Below, one piece after another: positions 17,986-26,444 of a stretch of DNA of 64,000 nucleotides. Source of the DNA: Candidatus Levybacteria bacterium RIFCSPLOWO2_12_FULL_41_12 (lineage in GTDB: Bacteria > Patescibacteriota > Microgenomatia > Levybacterales > UBA12049); NCBI GenBank assembly GCA_001784155.1, contig MFPL01000002.1:34012-98011 (forward strand), read 5' to 3'. The notes under the pieces were generated by a model. That model had not been told where the DNA came from. It searched no databases and worked only from the letters and a program-made list of their open reading frames with translations. Position numbers and translations under genes: made by a program. Numbering within the stretch: position 1 is the stretch's first letter; every line of letters starts with the position of its first letter.

Positions 17986-18062
17986 AGTTTAGACCTTATA
18001 ACTGATTGTATCACCAGGAGGCTAAACGAGACAAATGAGACAGTATAAAAAGAGCATAAACC

Positions 18063-18494
18063 TTATTTTCTCAGAACCGAATATCCTTTATCTTCCCAGT
18101 CAATCATGCCTCCTGTATGGTTATAGACATTAGCATAGCCTAACTTCGTCAGCGTTTGCGCTGCTTCCTCACTCATCCTACCGCTTCGACAATAGAGCAC
18201 TATTTTAGCATTCTTGTCTTGCGGTAGCTTGTCTAAATTGTTCTCAATTTCATTATATGGAATAAACACATCTGTTTTTACCAGCTCTCTTTCATAAGGA
18301 ATATGGACGTTCACAAGGAGAAAATCTTTTTTCTCAAGCATTTTTACCAACTCTGGACTTGTTATAGTTTTAAAACTAAGAGACTGAGCGGGTTTATTAC
18401 TTGCGCCATTTTCTTTTTGATCGATGGAAAAGAGTAATCCTCCCAATATAAAAATACTGAGAACAATTATACCTATAGCAATTTTTGTTTTCAT
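18063..18494 (-). CDS. Rhodanese-domain sulfurtransferase, membrane-anchored
   Basis: N-terminal TM helix. Rhodanese active-site loop CRSGRMS. Confidence 0.8.
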   Translation of the reverse strand: MKTKIAIGIIVLSIFILGGLLFSIDQKENGASNKPAQSLSFKTITSPELVKMLEKKDFLLVNVHIPYERELVKTDVFIPYNEIENNLDKLPQDKNAKIVLYCRSGRMSEEAAQTLTKLGYANVYNHTGGMIDWEDKGYSVLRK

Positions 18495-18505
18495 AGACAG
18501 CGTTT

Positions 18506-18910
18506 TTACAAATTAGCAATAACCTGTTCTAGCTTTTGCTCAACCTCTTTGGCAATACCTGCTACATCATCATTCTTAACAACCTGCATGGCAGCTGTCG
18601 GCCTGATCGCAGAAACAGTTATCTTGTCTTCTTCATTTTCATAGACAATGACGTTGCAGGGAAGAAGTAGTCCTATTTCCTGTTCTTTTAGGAGTACCTG
18701 ATAAGCAAACTGAGGGTGGCAGGCACCAAGAATTTGATAGTTTGGGTAATCAATGTCCAGTTTTTTCTTAAGGGTATCTTTAACATTAATTTCCGTTAAA
18801 ATGCCAAAACCTTCCTTCGCAAGAGCGCCTTTTACTCTTTCTACTGCTTCATCAAATGTACCTGTTATTGTTTTTTGTATACCGTATGATGTCATATATT
18901 TCACCTTCAA
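18506..18910 (-). CDS. DUF302-family protein
   Basis: YGIQKTITGTFDEAVERVKGALAKEGFGILTEINVKDTLKKK pattern of DUF302. Confidence 0.7.
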   Translation of the reverse strand: MKVKYMTSYGIQKTITGTFDEAVERVKGALAKEGFGILTEINVKDTLKKKLDIDYPNYQILGACHPQFAYQVLLKEQEIGLLLPCNVIVYENEEDKITVSAIRPTAAMQVVKNDDVAGIAKEVEQKLEQVIANL

Positions 18911-18911
18911 T

Positions 18912-19295
18912 CTATTGTATCAGCGAATACCCTTTTGCCCTCCAGGCAAGAAGTCCGCTTGTCATATTAAACACCCTGGTGTAACCAAGTTTCAGCAGGA
19001 TATCTGCTGCCTGTATGCTCCGTGAACCACTCAGGCAATAGACATAGAGAGTTTCCTTTTTATCCTTCAAAACAGAGGCTGCTTTTTCCGAAACAGTATC
19101 AACAGGCAAAAGAAGACTTCCTTCAAGATGACCTTTTCTATACTCATCCGGCGTTCTGACATCTACTATGGTAACATCCGCTTTTGTATCGAGCGCCTGC
19201 TTGACTTCTTCTGCTGTAATTGATGGGACTGATTTTGAAAAACCAAACATACTACTTCTCCTTGTTGTGTCATGCCCAGTAATTGCTTCATACAA
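18912..19295 (-). CDS. Rhodanese-domain sulfurtransferase
   Basis: IVDVRTPDEYRKGHLEGS...YVYCLSGSRS, a Cys-containing active-site loop. Confidence 0.8.
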   Translation of the reverse strand: MYEAITGHDTTRRSSMFGFSKSVPSITAEEVKQALDTKADVTIVDVRTPDEYRKGHLEGSLLLPVDTVSEKAASVLKDKKETLYVYCLSGSRSIQAADILLKLGYTRVFNMTSGLLAWRAKGYSLIQ

Positions 19296-19314
19296 CTACC
19301 TCCTGCTAGGACAT

Positions 19315-19388
19315 TGGCTGCTGGACTAGGATTCGAACCTAGATGAATGGATTCAGAGTCCACTATCCTACCGTTAGATGATCCAGCA
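19315..19388 (-). tRNA. tRNA-Gln (anticodon CTG), CCA encoded
   Basis: Minus-strand cloverleaf. Acceptor TGCTGGA/TCCAGCA (U1:A72 as in bacterial tRNA-Gln). D-stem ATCT/GGAT. Anticodon stem GTGGA/TCCAT with loop CTCTGAA (CTG). T-arm CTAGGTTCGAATCCTAG. Discriminator G plus CCA. Confidence 0.8.
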
Positions 19389-19473
19389 AAGTCCCTAAAT
19401 TATACCAAAATGGCCACCGGTATGCTCTTATTCTCCCTTTACAAGGAATTTAAATTCTCTGTAGAATAAAAAG

Positions 19474-20652
19474 ATGTTGAAAAATCGAAACGTGCTGATA
19501 GTTTCGCTTATTGCGGTCGTCAATGCTTTAGGCTACGGAATTATAATCCCCATCCTTTATTCATATTCTCAAAAATTCGGCCTATCTGATTTTGATAACG
19601 GACTTCTATTCTCTCTTTTTTCAGTTTCACAATTCTTCTCGACCCCCATCATAGGACGCATGTCTGATAAATTCGGCAGACGACCTATTCTCGTTCTATC
19701 ACCCCTGGGAACAGCTATTTCATTTTTCATGGCTGCCTTTGCACCAAGCGCTTTTATCCTTTTTCTTTCCCGCGCGCTTGATGGAATAACTGCAGGGAAC
19801 TTCCCTGCAGCAGCGGCCGTAATATCAGACAGCACAGATCTCAAGGACCGCGCAAAAGGGTTTGGTATAATCGGCGCGTCATTCGGATTTGGATTTGTAT
19901 TCGGGCCAGCTATTGCCGCGGCGACTGTCGGATTTGGCACGAATGTGCCTTTTATTATCGCGGGCTTTCTTTCTCTTACGGCAGCTGTAATCGCCTACTT
20001 TTTCCTGCCCGAGACCAACGAACACATTGGCGAAGTAAAACAGGGACGTCTCTTCGACTTTGGAAAATTGGCAAAAGCAGTTTTTGATAAAAACGTAGGG
20101 CCTACTCTTCTAATAACACTTGTTTACTCATTTGCATTTGGAATGCTCATTTACGTTTTCCAGCCTTTCTCAGTAAAAGCATTAAGGCTTTCGGTAAATG
20201 AAATTTCTGCGCTTTTCACATTGTTTGGCGCAGTAGGACTAGTAACCCAGCTTTTTATTCTTCCTAGGGTGGTAAAAAGACTGGGTGAGAAAAAAACATT
20301 TAAACTAGCCCTATTTCTTTTGGCATTAGCATTTTTTGGAATGTTCTCCACGCGCAATCTTCCTTTCTTTGTAGGACTTTCTATATTGTTTGGGTTATCA
20401 AATTCCTTTGTTAACCCTCTACTTCAAACAATTCTTTCAAAAGAAACCGATGCAAAATCTCAGGGAAGTATTCTGGGAATTAACTCTTCCTATATGAGCG
20501 TAGGCACAATAATAGGCCCCATTGCAGGAGGAACAATCGCAACGCTTGGCATAGCTTATCCGTATCTCGCTGGGGGAATTTGCATTCTCATTTGCCTGGC
20601 TCTTACTTCTAGAATTTTAAAGGCAGGAGTAAAGAAAGAATCAGCCTTCTAG
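19474..20652 (+). CDS. MFS transporter
   Basis: 12-TM topology. MFS motif A-like GRMSDKFGRRP between TM2 and TM3. Confidence 0.85.
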   Translation: MLKNRNVLIVSLIAVVNALGYGIIIPILYSYSQKFGLSDFDNGLLFSLFSVSQFFSTPIIGRMSDKFGRRPILVLSPLGTAISFFMAAFAPSAFILFLSRALDGITAGNFPAAAAVISDSTDLKDRAKGFGIIGASFGFGFVFGPAIAAATVGFGTNVPFIIAGFLSLTAAVIAYFFLPETNEHIGEVKQGRLFDFGKLAKAVFDKNVGPTLLITLVYSFAFGMLIYVFQPFSVKALRLSVNEISALFTLFGAVGLVTQLFILPRVVKRLGEKKTFKLALFLLALAFFGMFSTRNLPFFVGLSILFGLSNSFVNPLLQTILSKETDAKSQGSILGINSSYMSVGTIIGPIAGGTIATLGIAYPYLAGGICILICLALTSRILKAGVKKESAF

Positions 20653-21501
20653 AACTTCGGAATCCAAATATTCTCGTATAATCCGAGCTGTTTCTTTGGG
20701 CTGTTCATATGAAGGACTATGGCCCGATTTATCAATGACACGGAGGGAAAGATTTGAATTCTTTGCTTTTTTTAAAAGAGACTCAGCGGTTTTAAGCGAA
20801 ACATATTTATCTGCCGAACCAAATATGAGTAAAGTTTTATTACGAATATTATGTAATTCTTCATCAAGTACGTATCCCATAATAGCTACGCCCATCTGGA
20901 TGTAGGACTTTCCGTTTACTTTCTTTCGTCCGGGGATAAAGTATAAATCTATAAGTTTCTTGTCAAACCGATATGCGTTAATATATTTTTCGACGAAATA
21001 GGCACTGTATTTGTTTTTAATTACTCGCTCGAATGCATTATGAGCCAGCTTGGAATCGGTAGAAAGCGTAAGTAACCTGGAATAAGCTTCTTTTATTAGT
21101 GCCGTTCTTCTTTGTTTTAAAACTGTTCCGATGAGAATTAGAGAGGTATTATATCTATTTGTAGTAACCATATGAACAGCGACAAATGTCCCCGCAGATG
21201 CTCCAATAATCGCTCTCGGGCTTGGAACATATTTATCAATAAATTCAGATAAATATCTATTAACAATTTCTAGGGAATAACGCGGGAGAGAGTCAGAATC
21301 GCCAAAGCCGGGTAAATCCACCATGTAAAGCTTGTAGTACGGGGAAAGCTCGTTTGCAAGCAGAGTCCACCCTATCCATGAGTTGGACCATCCATGAATA
21401 AATACGAGAGGCCCACCTTGTCCTGCTTCTGCAACATTTAGATAAATATCCCCTACTTTATATTTTTTTGTTTTTATTTCAAAAGTATTATTTTTTTTCA
21501 T
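20641..21501 (-). CDS. Alpha/beta-fold hydrolase
   Basis: HGWSNSW oxyanion region, nucleophile elbow GASAG, and a C-terminal His. Confidence 0.8.
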   Translation of the reverse strand: MKKNNTFEIKTKKYKVGDIYLNVAEAGQGGPLVFIHGWSNSWIGWTLLANELSPYYKLYMVDLPGFGDSDSLPRYSLEIVNRYLSEFIDKYVPSPRAIIGASAGTFVAVHMVTTNRYNTSLILIGTVLKQRRTALIKEAYSRLLTLSTDSKLAHNAFERVIKNKYSAYFVEKYINAYRFDKKLIDLYFIPGRKKVNGKSYIQMGVAIMGYVLDEELHNIRNKTLLIFGSADKYVSLKTAESLLKKAKNSNLSLRVIDKSGHSPSYEQPKETARIIREYLDSEVLEG

Positions 21502-21534
21502 AATTTATAATGCGCGAGAGCTATTTCAAAGATT

Positions 21535-22941
21535 TCAAAAGCGGGACTTTAGGTTTTCAAGAATTTGCTCTCTTCCATCAATTTTTACCATTGTTTCAAT
21601 TAGGGGGAGACCTTGTTCGCGTCCAGTTATCAGAAAATAGATTTCTTTCATAGAAACATTTTCCGTATTTTTGAAATTTTTCAAAACATTAAGAATTCTC
21701 TCTTCCCTCCAATCGCTGTGCTCAATGTTAGAAAGCGTATTGAAAAGCTTTTCCGCGATTTTCATCTCAGCTGTGGTTAAGTCTCTTGCAGAAGCATTGT
21801 TAAAGGCCAGGTTTTTAAAGTCCGACAGTTTTTTCATCCTGCTTTGAGAAAGACCAATTAAAAGATCTATGTGTGAGCTCTTAAACATTTCAAGAGTTTC
21901 TTTATCGTTCTTGTAAAAATCTAATAGTCTTTTTTTAAGCTCAGTTAGGGGAAATTTTCGGATCCATACGCCGTTAAGCCATTCAAGCTTTGTTAAATCA
22001 AATACCGGTCCAACCGGCTTTAAGTCTTTTGGATCAAAAAGTTTTGTAAATTCAGATAGGTAAAATTCCTCTTTTCCTTCGGGATGGCTCCATCCCATAA
22101 GAGCCAAGAAATTTAAAATTGCTTCGGGAAGAAAACCCTCCTGTCTATACCAGTCGATTGAAGCATGGCCATGCCTTTTTGATAGTTTTGATTTGTCAGT
22201 ATTTCGAAGATTCGGTGTGTGATAAAAATAGGGTTTTTCCCAACCGAAATAATCGTAGATAAGCACGTGCTTTGGATAGGACGGGAGCCATTCTTCTCCT
22301 CTTATAACGTGCGTAATCTTCATTAAGTGATCATCGACCACTACTGCAAAATGATACGTTGGAAATCCGTCTGTTTTTATTAGAACCGAATCCTCAATAA
22401 GAGATGCGTCAAACTCAACGTCTCCTCTTATCTCATCTCTCACTACTAAATTTCCCTCTTGCGGAACTTTAAGCCGCAAAACATAAGGTTCGCTCTCGTT
22501 TTTAGCGATTTCTTCTTCATTCAGTTTTCGGCATAGTTCGTCATAGATCGTCGGCTGTTTTGATGCAGCCTGACTAGATCTGAGCGCATCAAGCCTTTCC
22601 TTGGTACAAAAACATTTATATGCTCCGCCTTTTTCTAAAAGATCCTTTTCGTATTCTCTGTATATAGAAAGTCTCTCAGATTGCCTGTATGGACCCCAGT
22701 CTCCTCCTTTTCGCGGGCTTTCGTTTTCGGAGAGGGAAACCCAGTCTATTGCTTCGAAGATTTTTCCTTCAGCTCCTTCAACAAATCTTTCACGATCAGT
22801 GTCTTCTATCCGAACAAGAAATTTTCCATCATTTTTTTTAGCAAAAGCGAAGTTAAAAAGCGCTTGATAAAGTGTGCCTATATGCGGGCTTCCGGTCGGA
22901 GACGGGGCAATTCGAGTCCTCACCAAATTACTTCCAGCCAT
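21535..22941 (-). CDS. gltX: Glutamate--tRNA ligase
   Basis: Class I HIGH (SPHIGT) and KMSKS (KLSKRHG) motifs with the GluRS catalytic-core pattern. Confidence 0.95.
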   Translation of the reverse strand: MAGSNLVRTRIAPSPTGSPHIGTLYQALFNFAFAKKNDGKFLVRIEDTDRERFVEGAEGKIFEAIDWVSLSENESPRKGGDWGPYRQSERLSIYREYEKDLLEKGGAYKCFCTKERLDALRSSQAASKQPTIYDELCRKLNEEEIAKNESEPYVLRLKVPQEGNLVVRDEIRGDVEFDASLIEDSVLIKTDGFPTYHFAVVVDDHLMKITHVIRGEEWLPSYPKHVLIYDYFGWEKPYFYHTPNLRNTDKSKLSKRHGHASIDWYRQEGFLPEAILNFLALMGWSHPEGKEEFYLSEFTKLFDPKDLKPVGPVFDLTKLEWLNGVWIRKFPLTELKKRLLDFYKNDKETLEMFKSSHIDLLIGLSQSRMKKLSDFKNLAFNNASARDLTTAEMKIAEKLFNTLSNIEHSDWREERILNVLKNFKNTENVSMKEIYFLITGREQGLPLIETMVKIDGREQILENLKSRF

Positions 22942-22979
22942 ACTTGCATTGTAGCCAAAAAAGAACCTATACTCAAGGT

Positions 22980-24011
22980 ATGCTGACTTTGAGCAAGCTC
23001 AAATACGATTTAAAATCAATTCTTCGAATTTTATCACTGATAATTGGAGTGGTCATTTTTATCTTTGTTCTTTTTAAAATAGGCTCTTTTGTAAAAGAAG
23101 TGATCTCCCCAACGCCCCCAGCTTCGCCCGATGTTAAGTTCGGCATATTGCCCGAACTCGCGTTCCCAAAAAGTGTAACCGGGAAAATTCCTACTTACAG
23201 AATCGACACCTTATCCGGAAGGTTACCCACTTTTTACCACTTGGCAAAAGTTTACACGATGGAAAGGCCAAAAGCAGATCTCCTGGCGCTTGACAGGGCA
23301 AACAACAGGGCTAAGGCTATAGGATTTAACAAGCCGGGAAGAAAAACTGCCGACAAACTGTATGAATGGAAGAACGATGCCGGAAGAACATTTAGCCTTA
23401 ACCTTCTGACATCTGACTTTTTGCTTAAATCAGACTTATCAACGGACTCAGCAGGGTTCATCGATGAATCTTCTGAGACTGAAGCAATAAATAAGGCGAC
23501 GAGCTTTTTGAACAATCTAGACTTACTTCGGGACGATATAGATACCGAAAAAACAACTACATATTTATATTCTTTTAAAAACGAATCTCTTGTTGACGCA
23601 ACAAGCCTATCAAATACCCAGGCAATTAAAGTCTATTTTTTTCAAAAGGATGTTGAGGATCTACCCGTTTATTATCCAGATGGCCGCTCGACAATGTCTG
23701 TTCTTATAACTAGCGACAAAAGAAGGATGGATATTTCTGGTGCAGAGTTTTTCTATCAGACCCCAGACCTTAACAGAAAAACAACGTATTCGATAAAAAC
23801 GAGCACAGAGGCATTTGAAGAATTGAAAAAAGGAAAAGCCTACATTGCAAGCCATAACCCGCTGGACTTAGAAATATTAATTAAAAATCTCTATCTAGGC
23901 TACTACATAGGGCAGGAAAAACAGGATTATTTAATGCCCATTTACGTTTTTGAGGGCAACAATTTCCTAGCTTATGTCTCAGCGATCAGGGATGAATGGA
24001 TAAGTAATTAA
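22980..24011 (+). CDS. Membrane-anchored extracytoplasmic hypothetical protein
   Basis: ATG 22980 is 6 nt downstream of TATACT. N-terminal TM helix then a ~310-aa Ser/Thr/Asp-rich domain with no recognised motif. Confidence 0.5.
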   Translation: MLTLSKLKYDLKSILRILSLIIGVVIFIFVLFKIGSFVKEVISPTPPASPDVKFGILPELAFPKSVTGKIPTYRIDTLSGRLPTFYHLAKVYTMERPKADLLALDRANNRAKAIGFNKPGRKTADKLYEWKNDAGRTFSLNLLTSDFLLKSDLSTDSAGFIDESSETEAINKATSFLNNLDLLRDDIDTEKTTTYLYSFKNESLVDATSLSNTQAIKVYFFQKDVEDLPVYYPDGRSTMSVLITSDKRRMDISGAEFFYQTPDLNRKTTYSIKTSTEAFEELKKGKAYIASHNPLDLEILIKNLYLGYYIGQEKQDYLMPIYVFEGNNFLAYVSAIRDEWISN

Positions 24012-24924
24012 TTTTTTCAAGACTCCTGAGTAAAACTTCTGTATCATAAAACCTATCCTCGCTTTGCATAACTACAAGAATCAAAGACTGCGGGCCTTGG
24101 GACGACTCTAAGGTCTTTGAAGTTACGAGAATTTGTCCTGCCTCCTCTGTATAACCAGTTTTTATTCCATTTATACCCCCTAAATCTAAAAGCCTATTGA
24201 GATTTCTTAAGACGTGCAGGTTGGTTTTGTCAGCGTCCTCAATCAATTTGTCCCTCGTACCTACCACTCTCGCAAATAGCTCATTTCCCATAGCATTAGA
24301 CGCAAGAAGCGCCAAGTCGCGAGTGCTTGTGTAATTTTTCGTATCCAGAAGTCCCACCGGTTCTTCGTAATGTGTGTTTTTAAGAGACAAGAAGTAAGCC
24401 TTCTCATTCATTTTTTCAACAAATGCTTTTTCTCCACCGGGATAATTATCTGCGATAACGGAGGCTGCGTCGTTACTTGAAGGAAGCATCATTGCATAAA
24501 GCATGTCCACAAACCGAACGCGCTCTCCTCTTTTAAAATCTACTACGTCATCTCTCTGTGAATCTTTATTGACAAGCAAAATGTCATCTTCTTTGTAATA
24601 ATCTATGCCCACAAGTGCTGTCATAATTTTTGTTGTGGATGCCGGAGCAAATCTTAGATCCGGGTTCTTGGAAAATATAACCACTTTTGAATTTCTGTCC
24701 ATAACGGTAACTCCCTTGGCTGAAAGACTTGGAAAAGAGTTAATATCAAGAGCCGGATACTCCTTCACAGAATATTCTAGCGGAGAAGGTAATATCTCAT
24801 ATTTATTTACCTGAAGTTTTGCAATAACATCTAGCGAAAACAAAATAGCCAAAACAACAAACAGCAAAAGCGGTACTAGCGCTAAGGAAAATTTATTTCT
24901 TCGACTTTTTTGAGAACCGTTCAT
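23986..24924 (-). CDS. D-alanyl-D-alanine carboxypeptidase (serine-type, PBP5/S11 family)
   Basis: SxxK (ASTTK), SxN (SSND) and KTG (KTGYT) motifs with an N-terminal signal/TM. Confidence 0.85.
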   Translation of the reverse strand: MNGSQKSRRNKFSLALVPLLLFVVLAILFSLDVIAKLQVNKYEILPSPLEYSVKEYPALDINSFPSLSAKGVTVMDRNSKVVIFSKNPDLRFAPASTTKIMTALVGIDYYKEDDILLVNKDSQRDDVVDFKRGERVRFVDMLYAMMLPSSNDAASVIADNYPGGEKAFVEKMNEKAYFLSLKNTHYEEPVGLLDTKNYTSTRDLALLASNAMGNELFARVVGTRDKLIEDADKTNLHVLRNLNRLLDLGGINGIKTGYTEEAGQILVTSKTLESSQGPQSLILVVMQSEDRFYDTEVLLRSLEKINYLSIHP

Positions 24925-26363
24925 TAAGAAGAGACCTTATCATCCGAAATAACTTTAATCCCCAATTCCTTGAGAATATTCTCTGGGACACTTGCTGGAG
25001 CATCCATTACCGAAGTTCTGCCACTTGAGGTCATTGGAAAAGCCATAGTTTCTTTAATCGATAGCTCTCCTTTTAGGAGCGCTATGTGCCGATCGATACC
25101 CAGGGCAATTCCACCATGTGGTGGAGCACCAAATGAGAATGCTTCAAGCATGTGCCCAACGCTTTCTTCAATTTGAGAGTCTGAATACCCCATAATTTTA
25201 TACGTAGCCTTTAAAAGCTCAGGGGTATGGGCTCTAATACTTCCGCCGCCCGCTTCGAGTCCGTTACAGACCAGATCATATTGCGTAGTAAGAATTTCCC
25301 CAATATTTTTCCCCGCAAGAAGTCTTTCAACATGCTCGGGTATTGGCATACTGAATGGATTATGGGTAAAAGTCCATTCACTTTTGCTATCAAATTTGTC
25401 TGATATTTCCTCCTTATTTACCGGTCTAAAAAATGGAAAGTCCGTAACCCAGGCAAAAGCTAAAACTCCGTTCTTTTTCTCTGCCTCTGTCCGCAGGTCA
25501 AACTTGTCTGCTCCATATTTATCCATTGCCGCGCGATACGAGACAACAGGAAAAGTCTCATCTTTTAACTTTCCCCCTACAGCCTTAACCCCTTCTTTTA
25601 CCACCTCTTCAACTGCCTGCATTACTTCCTCTCTTGTAACAAAACTCATTTCTAAATCTAGCTGAGTATGCTCAAATCCTCTATCCGCTCTTAGATCTTC
25701 GTCTCTTAGACAATGTGGAAACTGAAAATATCGTTCAAACCCTGCCACCATTAAAAGCTGCTTGTACTGCTGAGGGCTTTGGGGAAGAGCGTAAAATTTG
25801 CCCGGCTGAAAGCGCGAAGGGACGATAAAGTCTCGCGCTCCTTCCATGGTGGTTTTTGTAAGAAGCGGCGTCTCTATTTCAACAAAATCTTTTTTTATCA
25901 GCGCCTGACGCAATGCCTGCATGTAATCGCTTCTAAGCCGGAGATTCTCTTGCATTCTCTTGCGTCTTAGGTCTAGGTACCTGTATCTAAGACGAACTTC
26001 TTCTCCTATTTCTAGTCCATCTGTAGTCAAATCAAAAGGCGGGGTTTCGGACCGGCTTAGAATATTTAGGCTCTTTACTTCAATTTCAACTGTGCCTGTT
26101 GGAATATCTTTGTTAATATTCTTCTCAGGACGCTTATTGACCTTACCTGCAATTTCCACTACGAATTCCGGCCTTATTGCTTGCGCAACTTCATAAGCGG
26201 CTGGCGAAGTCTGGGGAATAACAACAGCCTGAACAATTCCGCTTCTATCTCTTATATCTAGAAAAACCAACTTACCATGATCTCTCCTAACCTCTACCCA
26301 ACCCTTAAGCATTACATCTTCGCCGGCTTTACTAGCCGTATCCTTAATGAGCGTTCTTTGCAT
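24924..26363 (-). CDS. aspS: Aspartate--tRNA ligase, short archaeal/eukaryal-like form lacking the GAD insertion
   Basis: N-terminal OB fold. Class II motif 2 FRDEDLRADRGFEHTQLDLEMSF and motif 3 GGIALGIDR. At 479 aa it is too short for a bacterial GAD-containing AspRS. Confidence 0.88.
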   Translation of the reverse strand: MQRTLIKDTASKAGEDVMLKGWVEVRRDHGKLVFLDIRDRSGIVQAVVIPQTSPAAYEVAQAIRPEFVVEIAGKVNKRPEKNINKDIPTGTVEIEVKSLNILSRSETPPFDLTTDGLEIGEEVRLRYRYLDLRRKRMQENLRLRSDYMQALRQALIKKDFVEIETPLLTKTTMEGARDFIVPSRFQPGKFYALPQSPQQYKQLLMVAGFERYFQFPHCLRDEDLRADRGFEHTQLDLEMSFVTREEVMQAVEEVVKEGVKAVGGKLKDETFPVVSYRAAMDKYGADKFDLRTEAEKKNGVLAFAWVTDFPFFRPVNKEEISDKFDSKSEWTFTHNPFSMPIPEHVERLLAGKNIGEILTTQYDLVCNGLEAGGGSIRAHTPELLKATYKIMGYSDSQIEESVGHMLEAFSFGAPPHGGIALGIDRHIALLKGELSIKETMAFPMTSSGRTSVMDAPASVPENILKELGIKVISDDKVSS

Positions 26364-26444
26364 AGGTATATTGTATTATTTTGCATTTTTATAGACAAGC
26401 CTCAATTGACTAACTACTATAAGATGTGGTAAAATCCCCCTACT

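Noticed and set aside
19166-19363. 65-aa minus-strand ORF
   Set aside because: Overlaps the tRNA-Gln gene and the rhodanese start region. No motif.
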